Both the position numbers and the translations under genes were made by a program. A stretch of DNA of 64,000 bases from Eledone cirrhosa (lineage: Eukaryota): the NCBI GenBank assembly GCA_964016885.1, contig OZ024756.1, positions 17,298,001 to 17,362,000 on the forward strand. Direction: 5' to 3'. Below, piece by piece: positions 1 through 11,984 of this stretch (position 1 is the stretch's first letter; each line of letters opens with the position of its first letter). Under the pieces are notes generated by a model. That model was given only the letters and a program-made list of their open reading frames with translations, did no database searches and was not told the origin of the DNA.

Positions 1-65
1 CATTCATGTGTATGTCGTTGTGTCGGAGCACCAATATATATATATATATATATATTGGTGCTCCG

Positions 66-122
<57 letters not shown>

Positions 123-283
123 TACATACATACATACATACATACATACATACATACATACATACATACATACATACATACATACATACATTTCTTTTCT
201 TTTACAAGCTTGCCACCAGGAAGGTGGCCGGTCAAAAAAATATACTCGAAATTAAGAGAAAGAGATACATAGATACATACATA

Positions 284-866
284 CATGGTGGCTGCCAACT
301 CGTTTTCGAGTACGGCCACTACTTTATATCCATGTAGGAGAACCCCTACTAATACGCTGAACGAGTGTGACTTTTTAGTCCAGCCAGCGACTTGAAAACT
401 GGTACAAACACTACACTTGTGACAATTATTGACACATAGTACTAGGCCCATGGTACCATATGACGACAAGTGCAGAGAGATCTCCAGATATAAAGCAATG
501 CCTGTGTCGTGAAACTTTTATAGTGAGCAAAGGCACTGCACAAAGCCAGTCCCACTCTCTTAACCAAGATGATATTTACCAAAAAGAAGAACAAGTCAAC
601 ATCATTGGATAGTATCAGGGTTGCAGGTGTTATATCAGAGTTTTCCTTCTCCTAGAATTCTGCCTTGACAAAGGCTAAGGGGTCATCTCTCCCGGTGATT
701 TTGGATGGCCATTGACTCTTAAGAGCTCCTTTGCCCTTTGACAGGTTTTGTTTTTAGTCCGGCAGGATGTCCAAAGTCACCCTCCTCACCAAGAAATCTT
801 GGTGGGGTTGCCAGTTTAGTCGCCAACGACCCGACCATGAGACAGGTTGTACTGGGATACATGTTA
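284..866 (+). mobile_element. ~580-bp non-coding interspersed element (family A) embedded in (TACA)n
   Basis: Near-identical reverse-complement copy at ~26381-26979 with the same catggtggctgcc terminus; both copies are flanked by (TACA)n. Orientation is arbitrary. Confidence 0.75.
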
Positions 867-903
867 TGGGATACATACATACATACATACATACATACAT
901 ACA

Positions 904-934
<31 letters not shown>

Positions 935-1070
935 GCGTGTGTGCATTATACATCTTCGGCTTGACTTCGCAATTCCATGTATGCATGTATGTATGCATGC
1001 ATGTATGTATGCATGCATGTATGCATGTATGCATGCATGTGTGTGTGTGCGTATGTATGTATATGTGTGT

Positions 1071-2412
1071 CATCATCATCGTTTTACGTCCGTTTTTCCA
1101 AGCTTAAACGGGTTGGACGGTTCTTCATCACGGCACCTCTCCACTCGTACCTTCCTTCATTATCGCCTCTGTGTCTCAGTGATTAGAGGTCAGCATTCTC
1201 AACCTCAGATCTTTCTTGGTCTACCTTTATTGCGGCTTCCTTCCACTGTCCATGTGCATCACATGTCCATACCAACGCAGTCTTCTCGTCCTGCACACCA
1301 CGTCAGAATCCTCTTAAGCCCAGCCTTTCCCTCAACTCGTCCAAGCTCTACTTTTCTCTCACACTTACTTTGCACATCCAACGGAACATGGTGGCCTCAT
1401 TTCTTTCCAGTCTACGCACTTCTCACACAAACGTCATACAGTTGTCCTATTGTACATAGGGTGAAACCTTTTGTGGTCAATAGAAGGAGTAGCTCTCTTC
1501 TTCCATTCTATCCTTATTTTAGCTATTATGGTCTCATAGCCCCCTCCTCCGTTGCTGATTACGTCACCTAGATAGCAGAAGCAATCAACCACTTCTATGG
1601 GTCCTTCCTGTGACTGGAATAGGTTTATCCTTGTGCATCTTCCACATACAAAGTGTTCCCTTCTTGTTACTCTACCCATTGTCCCACTACGTCTCTTGTG
1701 TACCCAAGATTTACATTGTGTGCATCGAATAGAGTTTATACCTACCCCCTTTCTATATATTGAGGAGGGCCATTTACCTGAAGGAATCGGGGTCCTATCT
1801 TCTCTCCTACTCACTAATATTTTAGTTTTGGCTAAGTTTACTCTCAGACGTTTTGATTCCAAATTCTGTTTCCATAGTCGGAATTAATTTTCTAGTTCTT
1901 TAACTGATCCTGCTATAAGGACCAGATCATCTGCATAGAGAAGGTCCATGGGCATCCTGTCTTAAACTCCTTTGTTATAGCCTGGAGAACTATAATGAAT
2001 AATGGTAGGCTAAAAACTGAATCCTGATGATTCCTACTTGTACCTTGAATTCCTCACTAAACTCATTTCCTACTCCCATTTTGCTGACAGCTCCTCTATA
2101 CATGGCTTGCACTGTTCTCACCAACCATTCTTCTACACCTAATTTCTTTAAGGACAACCATATACTAGATCGGGGTACTCTGTCAAAGGCCTTTTCTCGA
2201 TCAATGAAAGCTAAGTATATAAAGGCTTATTTTTGGATAGGAGCTTCTCGTGTAGTTACCTCACTAAAAAGAGAAGCCCCTGTAATACTTATCCCAGGCA
2301 TTAAACCAAACTGCATCTCGACTAATTTGACTCTTTCTCTTATTAGTTGCGCTCAAACACTTTCCATCATTTTCAAAACTTGGTCCATTAGTTTTCTTCC
2401 TCTATAGTTGCT
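1071..2412 (-). mobile_element. 5'-truncated, degenerate RTE-clade LINE (reverse transcriptase to 3' end)
   Basis: Minus-strand translation gives FIDREKAFDRVPR, LYADDL (~1921-1938), LRVNLAKTK, a CxxC insert and EVVDCFCYLGD. The 3' end ccgtccaaccc...ggacgtaaaacgatgatgatg has a (GAT)n tail. Frameshifts are present. Confidence 0.88.
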
Positions 2413-2488
2413 CCTTTGTATGTATGTGTATATATGTATGTGCATGTATGTGTATTTATGTATCTATATACGTATGAATGTTTACATA

Positions 2489-3383
2489 CGAGGTGTGTCA
2501 GAAAAGTTCCAGGACTGATGTCACAAAAGATTCATTTCAAACCCAAACTTCACACTAAGAGTTTTCTCCTTCAAAGTAATCCCCGGGAGTATGTAACTGT
2601 AATCTTAGCTCTCTGCAGCGATCAAACTTTTTTCTTCATAATTTTATATATATGTCCTCTGTTTCAGGTCGTTAAGCAATGAGCACAGAGCAACGAACAA
2701 ACTTGAAAACTCCGTCAGAAGCACTGGGATCACTGCAGCAAGTGTATGGAGATGAGGTGATGTCACGCTCACGTGTTTTTGAGTGGTGTAAGAGGTTTAA
2801 AGAAGGACGCGAGGACGTGGAAGATGACCCCAGGAGCGGAAGGCCCTCAACAACCTGGACTGAGGTCAACGTTGAACGCGTCAGGCAGATGGTGCGTAGC
2901 GATCGTCGGCTGAGTGTTCGACTGAGGGCAAATGAGCTGGGCATGAATCGGGACAGCGTCTGGAAGATTCTCACTGAAGATTTGGTCATGCAGAAAGTCT
3001 GCGCGAAGATGGTGCCAAAACTACTGAACGATGACCAGAAGGGTCGACGCATGCAAGTGTGCCAGGACATCCTCGAGCGTCTTGAAACCGAACCAGACTT
3101 GCTAGGGACAGCCATCACCGGTGATGAGTCATGGATCTTCGAGTATGACCAGGAGGGGACCCGTTTTGAAGACATGGACGACATCAAAAAGGCCGTGACG
3201 ACGGAACTGCGGAGGATCCCGGAAGAATCCTTCCAGGAGTGCATGCAAGCGTGGCAGAAAAGGATGGAAAAGTGCATTAGACTCCAGGGGGATTACTTTG
3301 AAGGAGAAAACTCTTAGTGTGAAGTTTGGGTTTGAAATAAATCTTTTGCGACAGCAGTCCTGGAACTTTTCTGACCCACCTCG
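2489..3383 (+). mobile_element. Mariner-like DNA transposon, internally deleted, ~100-bp TIRs, TA target duplication
   Basis: TA|cgaggtgtgtcagaaaagttccaggactg... at the left end matches ...cagtcctggaacttttctgacccacctcg|TA at the right end; encloses a transposase ORF. Confidence 0.92.
2679..3317 (+). pseudogene. Mariner transposase with in-frame deletion of most of the catalytic domain (212 aa)
   Basis: HTH region (VYGDEVMSRSRVFEWCKRFKEG, DDPRSGRPST), KMVPKLL linker and ITGDESW (first Asp), joined directly to C-terminal GTRFED...KCIRLQGDYFE. The second Asp and the YSPDL segment are absent. Confidence 0.88.
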
Positions 3384-3469
3384 TATGTATAGATATGTAT
3401 GTATGTCTTAGTGTAGTCTGCGGGGGGGGGGGGGGGGGGGGGGGGGTTATACAGGTGCATCTATATATA

Positions 3470-3612
3470 AATGTGTATATGTGTGCAAATAAATGTGATA
3501 GATGTATATAGTGTAGATATAGTGCAGATAAATGTGATAGGTGTATATAGTGCAAATATAGTGCAGATAAATGTGATAGGTGTATATAGTGCAAATATAG
3601 TGCAGATAAATG
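3470..3612. repeat. Short ~39-bp minisatellite, preceded by a poly-G run at 3422-3446
   Basis: Unit gtgcagataaatgtgataggtgtatatagtgcaaatata, about 3.5 copies. Confidence 0.7.
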
Positions 3613-3791
3613 CGTAGCAGGGAAGGTGGAAGCATTTGTGTATTGGGGGAGGGGGGAATTTGGTCAATTAAGTTGTCGTGTAGAGATATATGAGAAGCGA
3701 AGTTAGTGGTTGTTGTTGAAGTTGATAAACACGACAAATACAATAATTTGGGTTAGATATGTAACTTTAATTCACTTCAGTTAAAAGGGAA

Positions 3792-3981
3792 AATAATTGT
3801 TTCTACTTTTGGCACAAGGCCAGCAATTACCCAGTGCATTACTGGTACTTTATTTTATCGACCCCGTAAGGATGAAAGGCAAAGTTAACCTCGGAGGAAT
3901 TTGAACTCAGAATGGCAAGGGCCGTAACTCTATGCGTCAAAGCATGGCGTCCGACCCTCTACCGATACTGCCAACCCACCC
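3792..3981 (-). mobile_element. tRNA-derived SINE (family S1), full length
   Basis: Box A tggcagtatcgg, box B gagttcaaat and central gcctttcatccttacggggtcgataaaataaagtaccag; many copies in the window. Confidence 0.85.
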
Positions 3982-4724
3982 ATTAAGCTACGTTAGATTA
4001 CAAAGTGACAAGTTGCTTCAGGATGTACATACCAGCATGAAAGCTCGCAGTGCAAGGAAACTGTGTTGTGTATATGAAGAGGCAGATGATTATCTGTGTG
4101 TGGTTGAAGTGCAGGTGGAAGAATTGCTGTCGAGCTCTTGTCGACAGGGCCTCTAATTTTTTTTTTTTTTTTGTTAAGTGCTACATTTCGCTACTTACTC
4201 GCGCATGTCGACGTGATGCTTCCCTCCCGAGGAACCAGAATCAAATGGCTTAAAGAAGAACTTGCCTCCACCTCAAGCTGGCCAGTCTCTCCAGATTACT
4301 GACGCCAACCTGAGATAAAGAAAAATAGCAGCCAGATGTCATTGGAGGGTCAGTATGTGCAAAGAGATTTCGCTGCAGATGTGCATGTGTATATATTGCA
4401 GATAAATGTGTGTGTATATATAGTACAGCTAGATGAGTGTGTGTGTGTATAATGAAGATTGATGTGTGTATGACAGACAAATGTGTGTGAGTGGGTATAT
4501 AGTGCACATGTATGTGTGCATATATAGTGCAGATCGATGTGTGTGTATATAGTGCAGATCGATGTGTGTGCATATAGTGCAGATCGATGTGTGAGTATAA
4601 ACATGGGGTCGAGTATTTTTCTCTTTGCTAAATTATTTGCAATCAAGAACGTTTCTCAAATTCCGTCTCCTTCGCCACCTTAATTAACAGTAAAGGATAA
4701 GGTAGTGTAGTGGTGGTCAAAACT

Positions 4725-7585
4725 ACAGTAGAGGCTCTAGTAGTGTGGTGGTGGTCACAGCAGTAACTACAGTAGCGGCTGTAGTAGTGTGGTGGTGGTC
4801 ACAGCAGTAACTACAGTAGCGGCTGTAGTAGTGTGGTGGTGGTCACAGCAGTAACTACAGTAAAGGCTGTAGTAGTGTAGTGGTGGTCACAGCAGTAACT
4901 ACAGTAGAGGTGGTCGCAGCAGCAACTGCAGTAGCGGCTGTAGTAGTGTGGTGGTAGCCACAGTTACAGTAGCGGCTGTAGTAGTGTGGTGGTAGTCACA
5001 GCAGTAACTACAGTAGAGGCTGTAGTAGTGTGGTGGTGGTCACAGCAGTAACTACAGTAGAGGTGGTCACAGCAGCAACTGCAGTAGCGGTTGTAGTAGT
5101 GTGGTGGTAGTCACAGCAGTAACTACAGTAGAAGCTGTAGTAGTGTGGTGGTAGTCACAGTTACAGTAGCGGCTGTAGTGGTGTGGTGGTGGTCACAGCA
5201 GCAACTGCAGTAGAGGCTGTAGTAGTGTGGTGGTGGTCACAGCAGCAACTGCAGTAAAGGCTGTAGTAGTGTGGTGGTAGTCACAGCAGCAACTACAGTA
5301 GCGGCTGTAGCAGTGTGGTGGTGGTCACAGCAGCAACTACAGTAGAGGCTGTAGTAATGAGGTGGTGGTCACAGCAGTATATACAGTAGAGGTTGTAGTA
5401 GTGTGGTGGTGGTCACAGCAGCAACTACAGTAGAGGCTGTAGTAGTGTGGTGGTGGTCACAGCAGTAACTACAGTAGAGGCTGTAGTAATGAGGTGGTGG
5501 TCACAGCAGTATATACAGTAGAGGTTGTAGTAGTGTGGTGGTGGTCACAGCAGCAACTACAGTAGAGGCTGTAGTAGTGTGGTGGTGGTCACAGCAGCAA
5601 CTACAGTAGAGGCTGTAGTAGTGTGGTGGTAGTCACAGCAGTAACTGCAGTAGAGGCTGTAGTAGTGTGGTGGTGGTCACAGCAGTAACTACAGTAGAGG
5701 CTGTAGTAGTGTGGTGGTGGTCACAGCAGTAACTACAGTAGAGGCTGTAGTAGTGTGGTGGTGGTCACAGCAGCAACTGCAGTAGAGGCTGTAGTAGTGT
5801 GGTGGTGGTCACAGCAGCAACTTCAGTAGAGGCTGTAGTAGTGTGGTGGTGGTCACAGCAGCAACTGCAGTAGAGACTGTAGTAGTGTGGTGGTGGTCAC
5901 AGCAGTAACTACAGTAGAGGCTGTAGTAGTGTGGTGGTGGTCACAGCAGTAACTACAGTAGAGGCTGTAGTAGTGTGGTGGTGGTCACAGCAGCAACTTC
6001 AGTAGAGGCTGTAGTAGTGTGGTGGTGGTCACAGCAGTAACTACAGTAGAGGCTGTAGTAGTGTGGTGGTGGTCACAGCAGCAACTGCAGTAGAGGCTGT
6101 AGTAGTGTGGTGATAGTCACAGTTACAGTAGAGGGTGTAGTTTAGTAGTGTGGTGGTGGTAACAGCAGTAACTACAGTAGAGGCTGTAGTAGTGTGGTGG
6201 TGGTCACAGCAGTAACTACAGTAGAGGCTGTAGTAGTGTGGTGGTGGTCACAGCAGCAACTGCAGTAGAGGCTGTAGTAGTGTGGTGGTGGTCACAGCAG
6301 TAACTACAGTAGAGGCTGTAGTAGTGTGGTGGTGGTCACAGCAGTAACTACAGTAGAGGCTGTAGTAGTGTGGTGGTGGTCACAGCAGCAACTGCAGTAG
6401 AGGCTGTAGTAGTGTGGTGGTGGTCACAGCAGCAACTGCAGTAGAGGCTGTAGTAGTGTGGTGGTGGTCACAGCAGCAACTGCAGTAGAGGCTGTAGTAG
6501 TGTGGTGGTGGTCACAGCAGTAACTACAGTAGAGGCTGTAGTAGTGTGGTGGTGGTCACAGCAGTAACTACAGTAGAGGCTGTAGTAGTGTGGTGGTGGT
6601 CACAGCAGCAACTTCAGTAGAGGCTGTAGTAGTGTGGTGGTGGTCACAGCAGTAACTACAGTAGAGGCTGTAGTAGTGTGGTGGTGGTCACAGCAGCAAC
6701 TTCAGTAGAGGCTGTAGTAGTGTGGTGGTGGTCACAGCAGCAACTGCAGTAGAGGCTGTAGTAGTGTGGTGGTAGTCACAGCAGTAACTACAGTAGAGGC
6801 TGTAGTAGTGTGGTGGTGGTCACAGCAGCAACTGCAGTAGAGGCTGTAGTAGTGTGGTGGTGGTCACAGCAGTAACTACAGTAGAGGCTGTAGTAGTGTG
6901 GTGGTGGTCACAGCAGTAACTACAGTAGAGGCTGTAGTAGTGTGGTGGTGGTCACAGCAGCAACTGCAGTAGAGGCTGTAGTAGTGTGGTGGTGGTCACA
7001 GCAGCAACTGCAGTAGAGGCTGTAGTAGTGTGGTGGTGGTCACAGCAGTAACTACAGTAGAGGCTGTAGTAGTGTGGTGGTGGTCACAGCAGTAACTACA
7101 GTAGAGGCTGTAGTAGTGTGGTGGTGGTCACAGCAGCAACTTCAGTAGAGGCTGTAGTAGTGTGGTGGTGGTCACAGCAGCAACTGCAGTAGAGGCTGTA
7201 GTAGTGTGGTGGTGGTCACAGCAGTAACTACAGTAGAGGCTGTAGTAGTGTGGTGGTGGTCACAGCAGTAACTACAGTAGAGGCTGTAGTAGTGTGGTGG
7301 TGGTCACAGCAGCAACTTCAGTAGAGGCTGTAGTAGTGTGGTGGTGGTCACAGCAGTAACTACAGTAGAGGCTGTAGTAGTGTGGTGGTGGTCACAGCAG
7401 CAACTTCAGTAGAGGCTGTAGTAGTGTGGTGGTGGTCACAGCAGCAACTGCAGTAGAGGCTGTAGTAGTGTGGTGGTAGTCACAGCAGTAACTACAGTAG
7501 AGGCTGTAGTAGTGTGGTGGTGGTCACAGCAGCAACTGCAGTAGAGGCTGTAGTAGTGTGGTGGTGGTCACAGCAGCAACTGCAG
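4725..7585. repeat. 44-bp minisatellite array (~60 units)
   Basis: Unit gtagtagtgtggtggtggtcacagcag(t/c)aact(a/g/t)cagtagaggct; period 44 checked at 6011/6055. Confidence 0.95.
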
Positions 7586-7604
7586 CATTAAACACAAGAA
7601 ACTG

Positions 7605-7793
7605 GAACAGCAACAGCAACCACAACAACCACAACTACTATTACTACTATTACTAATACTATTACCACTAGTACCACCACCACCACCACTACTATTACGA
7701 GAACAACAACAACTGCTGCTACTATTACTGGTACTACTACTACCACTACTACTACTATGACTTCTACTACTACTACTACCACTACCACTGCTG

Positions 7794-7854
<61 letters not shown>

Positions 7855-7892
7855 CACTACTGCTGCTACTACTACTACTACTATTGCTAGTG

Positions 7893-7966
<74 letters not shown>

Positions 7967-7970
7967 ACCA
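7605..7970. repeat. (ACT/ACC/GCT)n trinucleotide microsatellite
   Basis: Direct inspection. Confidence 0.9.
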
Positions 7971-8060
7971 CAACCGCAACAGCAGTTGCAGTACAGTGCA
8001 GGAAGGCAGCAGCAATACGATGCAGTTGTGGCAACATGGTGACAACACCAACTGCAGCCT

Positions 8061-9015
8061 TAGCAGCTCCAACAGCACCTCCTGCAGCTGTAGCAGCTCC
8101 AACAGCACCTCCTGCAGCTGTAGCAGCTCCAACAGCACCTCCTGCAGCTGTAGCAGCAGCAACAGCACCTCCTGCAGCTGTAGCAGCTCCAACAGCACCT
8201 CCTGCAGCTGTAGCAGCAGCAACAGCACCTCCTGCAGCTGTAGCAGCTCCAACAGCACCTCCTGCAGCTGTAGCAGCAGCAACAGCACCTCCTGCAGCTG
8301 TAGCAGCTCCAACAGCACCTCCTGCAGCTGTAGCAGCAGCAATAGCACCTCCTGCAGCTGTAGCAGCTCCAACAGCACCTCCTGCAGCTGTAGCAGCTCC
8401 AACAGCACCTCCTGCAGCTGTAGCAGCAGCAACAGCACCTCCTGCAGCTGTAGCAGCTCCAACAGCACCTCCTGCAGCTGTAGCAGCAGCAATAGCACCT
8501 CCTGCAGCTGTAGCAGCAGCAATAGCACCTCATGCAGCTGTAGCAGCTCCAACAGCACCTCCTGCAGGTGTAGCAGCTCCAACAGCACCTCCTGCAGCTG
8601 TAGCAGCAGCAATAGCACCTCCTGCAGCTGTAGCAGCTCCAACAGCACCTCATGCAGCTGTAGCAGCAGCAACAGCACCTCATGCAGCTGTAGCAGCAGC
8701 AACAGCACCTCCTGCAGCTGTAGCAGCAGCAACAGCACCTCCTGCAGCTGTAGCAGCAGCAATAGCACCTCCTGCAGCTGTAGCAGCAGCAACAGCACCT
8801 CCTGCAGCTGTAGCAGCAGCAACAGCACCTCCTGCAGCTGTAGCAGCAGCAACAGCACCTCCTGCAGCTGTAGCAGCAGCAACAGCACCACCTGCAGCTG
8901 TAGCAGCAGCAACAACAGCACCTCCTGCAGCTGTAGCAGCAGCAATAGCACCTCCTGCAGCTGTAGCAGCAGCAATAGCACCTCATGCAGCTGTAGCAGC
9001 AGCAACAGCACCTCA
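8061..9015. repeat. 30-bp minisatellite array (~31 units)
   Basis: Unit aacagcacctcctgcagctgtagcagc(tcc/agc). Confidence 0.95.
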
Positions 9016-10170
9016 TGCAGCAGGAACAACAGCATCAACTAGAGCAGCAGCAGTTACACGGTAGCAGCAGCACCAGTAGAAGCAACTGCAACAGCAGCAG
9101 CAGTAGAAATACCAGCACCAACTGCAACAGCAACAGCACCAAAAGTAGACATACCAGACCCAACTGCAACAGCAGCAGCAGTAGATATACCAGCACCAAC
9201 TGCAGCAGTAGCAGCAGTAGATATATATATATGCACCACCTGAAGCAGCAGTAGACATATCAACACCAACTGCAGCAGCAGCAGTAGATATATCAACAAC
9301 TGCAGCAGCAGCAGTAGTTACAATAGCACCAACTGCATTAACAGCAGCAGCTGTAATAGCAGTAAATATATCAGCACCAACTGCAGCAGAAGCAGATGTT
9401 ACAATAGCACCAACTGCAGCACCAGAAGCAGTAGACATACCAGCACCAACTGCAGCAGCAGCAGCAGTAGTTACAATAGCACCAACTGCAGCTGCAGCAG
9501 TAGTAGACATACCAGCAGCACCAACTGCAGCAACAACAGCAGCAGTAGTTACAATAGCACCAACTGCAGCAACAGTAGCAGTAGTAGCAGTAGCAGTAGT
9601 AGATAAACCAGCACCAACTGCAGCAGAAGTAGCAGTAGACATACCAACACCAACTGAAGCAGAGGCTGTAGTTACAATAGCTGCAACTGCAGCAGTAGTA
9701 GACATAACAGCACCAACTGCAGCAACAGCAGCAGCAGTAGTAGACATACCAGCACCAACCGCAGCAACAGCAGCAGCAGCAGCAGTAGCAGTAGTAGATA
9801 AACCAGCACCAACTGCAGCGGCAGCAGCAGTAGACATACCAGCACCACCTGCAGCAGAGGCTGTAGTTACAATAGCAACAACTGCAGCAGTAGTAGACAT
9901 AACAGCACCAACTGCAGCAACAGCAGCAGCAGTAGTAGACATACCAGCACCAACTGCAGCAACAGCAGCAGCAGCAGTAGCAGTAGTAGATAAACCAGCA
10001 CCAACTGCAGCGGCAGCAGCAGTAGACATACCTGCACCACCTGCAGCAGAGGCTGTAGTTACAATAGCAACAACTGCAGCAGCAACAACAGCGGCAGCAG
10101 TAGCAGTTACATGGTAGCAGCAGCACCAACAGAATCAGCATCAACAAACTGCAGCAGCAGCAGCAGGCAT
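9016..10170. repeat. Degenerate GCA-rich repeat with an internal ~190-bp duplication
   Basis: Recurrent gcaccaactgcagc and gtagacatacc motifs; ~9660-9850 is repeated at ~9855-10045. Confidence 0.75.
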
Positions 10171-10171
10171 A

Positions 10172-11745
10172 CCAGCACCAACTGCAGCAGCAGCGGTAGT
10201 AACAACAGCACCAACTGCAGCAGCAGCGGTAGTAACAACAGCACCAACTGCAGCAGCAGCGGTAGTTACAACAGCACCAACTGCAGCAGCAGCGGTAGTA
10301 ACAACAGCACCAACTGCAGCAGCAGCGGTAGTTACAACAGCACCAACTGCAGCAGCAGCTGTAGTAACAACAGCACCAACTGCAGCAGCAGCGGTAGTTA
10401 CAACAGCACCAACTGCAGCAGCAGCGGTAGTTACAACAGCACCAACTGCAGCAGCAGCGGTAGTTACAACAGCACCAACTGCAGCAGCAGCGGTAGTTAC
10501 AACAGCACCAACTGCAGCAGCGGTAGTAACAACAGCACCAACTGCAGCAGCAGCAGCGGTAGTTACAACAGCACCAACTGCAGCAGCAGCAACGGTAGTT
10601 ACAACAGCACCAACTGCAGCAGCAGCTGTAGTTACAACAGCACCAACTGCAGCAGCAGCGGTAGTTACAACAGCACCAACTGCAGCAGCAGCGGTAGTAA
10701 CAACAGCACCAACTGCAGCAGCAGCTGTAGTTACAACAGCACCAACTGCAGCAGCAGCGGTAGTAACAACAGCACCAACTGCAGCAGCAGCTGTAGTTAC
10801 AACAGCACCAACTGCAGCAGCAGCTGTAGTTACAACAGCACCAACTGCAGCAGCAGCAGCGGTAGTTACAACAGCACCAACTGCAGCAGCAGCAGCGGTA
10901 GTTACAACAGCACCAACTGCAGCAGCAGCAGCGGTAGTTACAACAGCACCAACTGCAGCAGCAGCGGTAGTAACAACAGCACCAACTGCAGCAGCAGCAG
11001 TAGTTACAACAGCACCAACTGCAGCAGCAGCGGTAGTAACAACAGCACCAACTGCAGCAGCAGCTGTAGTTACAACAGCACCAACTGCAGCAGCAGCGGT
11101 AGTTACAACAGCACCAACTGCAGCAGCAGCGGTAGTAACAACAGCACCAACTGCAGCAGCAGCAGCGGTAGTTACAACAGCACCAACTGCAGCAGCAGCA
11201 GCGGTAGTTACAACAGCACCAACTGCAGCAGCAGCGGTAGTAACAACAGCACCAACTGCAGCAGCAGCAGCGGTAGTTACAACAGCACCAACTGCAGCAG
11301 CAGCGGCGGTAGTTACAACAGCACCAACTGCAGCAGCAGCTGTAGTTACAACAGCACCAACTGCAGCAGCAGCGGTAGTTACAACAGCACCAACTGCAGC
11401 AGCAGCGGTAGTAACAACAGCACCAACTGCAGCAGCAGCAGCGGTAGTTACAACAGCACCAACTGCAGCAGCAGCAGCGGTAGTTACAACAGCACCAACT
11501 GCAGCAGCAGCGGTAGTAACAACAGCACCAACTGCAGCAGCAGCAGCGGTAGTTACAACAGCACCAACTGCAGCAGCAGCGGCGGTAGTTACAACAGCAC
11601 CAACTGCAGCAGCAGCAGCGGTAGTTACAACAGCACCAACTGCAGCAGCAGCGGCGGTAGTTACAACAGCACCAACTGCAGCAGCAGCGGTAGTTCCAAC
11701 AGCACCAACTACAGCAGCAGCAGCGGTAGTAACAACAGCACCAAC
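10172..11745. repeat. 33/36-bp minisatellite array
   Basis: Unit agcaccaactgcagcagcagcggtagt(t/a)acaac with variable (CAG) number. Confidence 0.95.
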
Positions 11746-11984
11746 AGCACCAACAGCAGCAGCAGCAGCAGCAACACAGTCAGTACTAAAGCTCGGTTAT
11801 GAGAGTCATGTCTATGTGTTGAGAGAAGAAAAGTACCAGTAATATATTGGGGTTAAGATGATTTAGTCGACTTTTCTTATACAGCCTCTTCATCAATGAC
11901 GACATTGTATTTATATACACCTGGGAACTGGAGAGACAGAAGAGAAGAACTGTAGGGAGGAATAGATAGTTGGTAAGGAAGTGT

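Noticed and set aside
199-240. Minus-strand hammerhead around gccacc-aggaa-ggtggc
   Set aside because: Only the hairpin is solid; both core strands need multiple substitutions.
7965-11802. Cys-, Leu/Gln- or Ser/Asn-rich ORFs (keratin-associated or metallothionein-like)
   Set aside because: Alternative readings of GCA-rich minisatellites; several frames are open at once.
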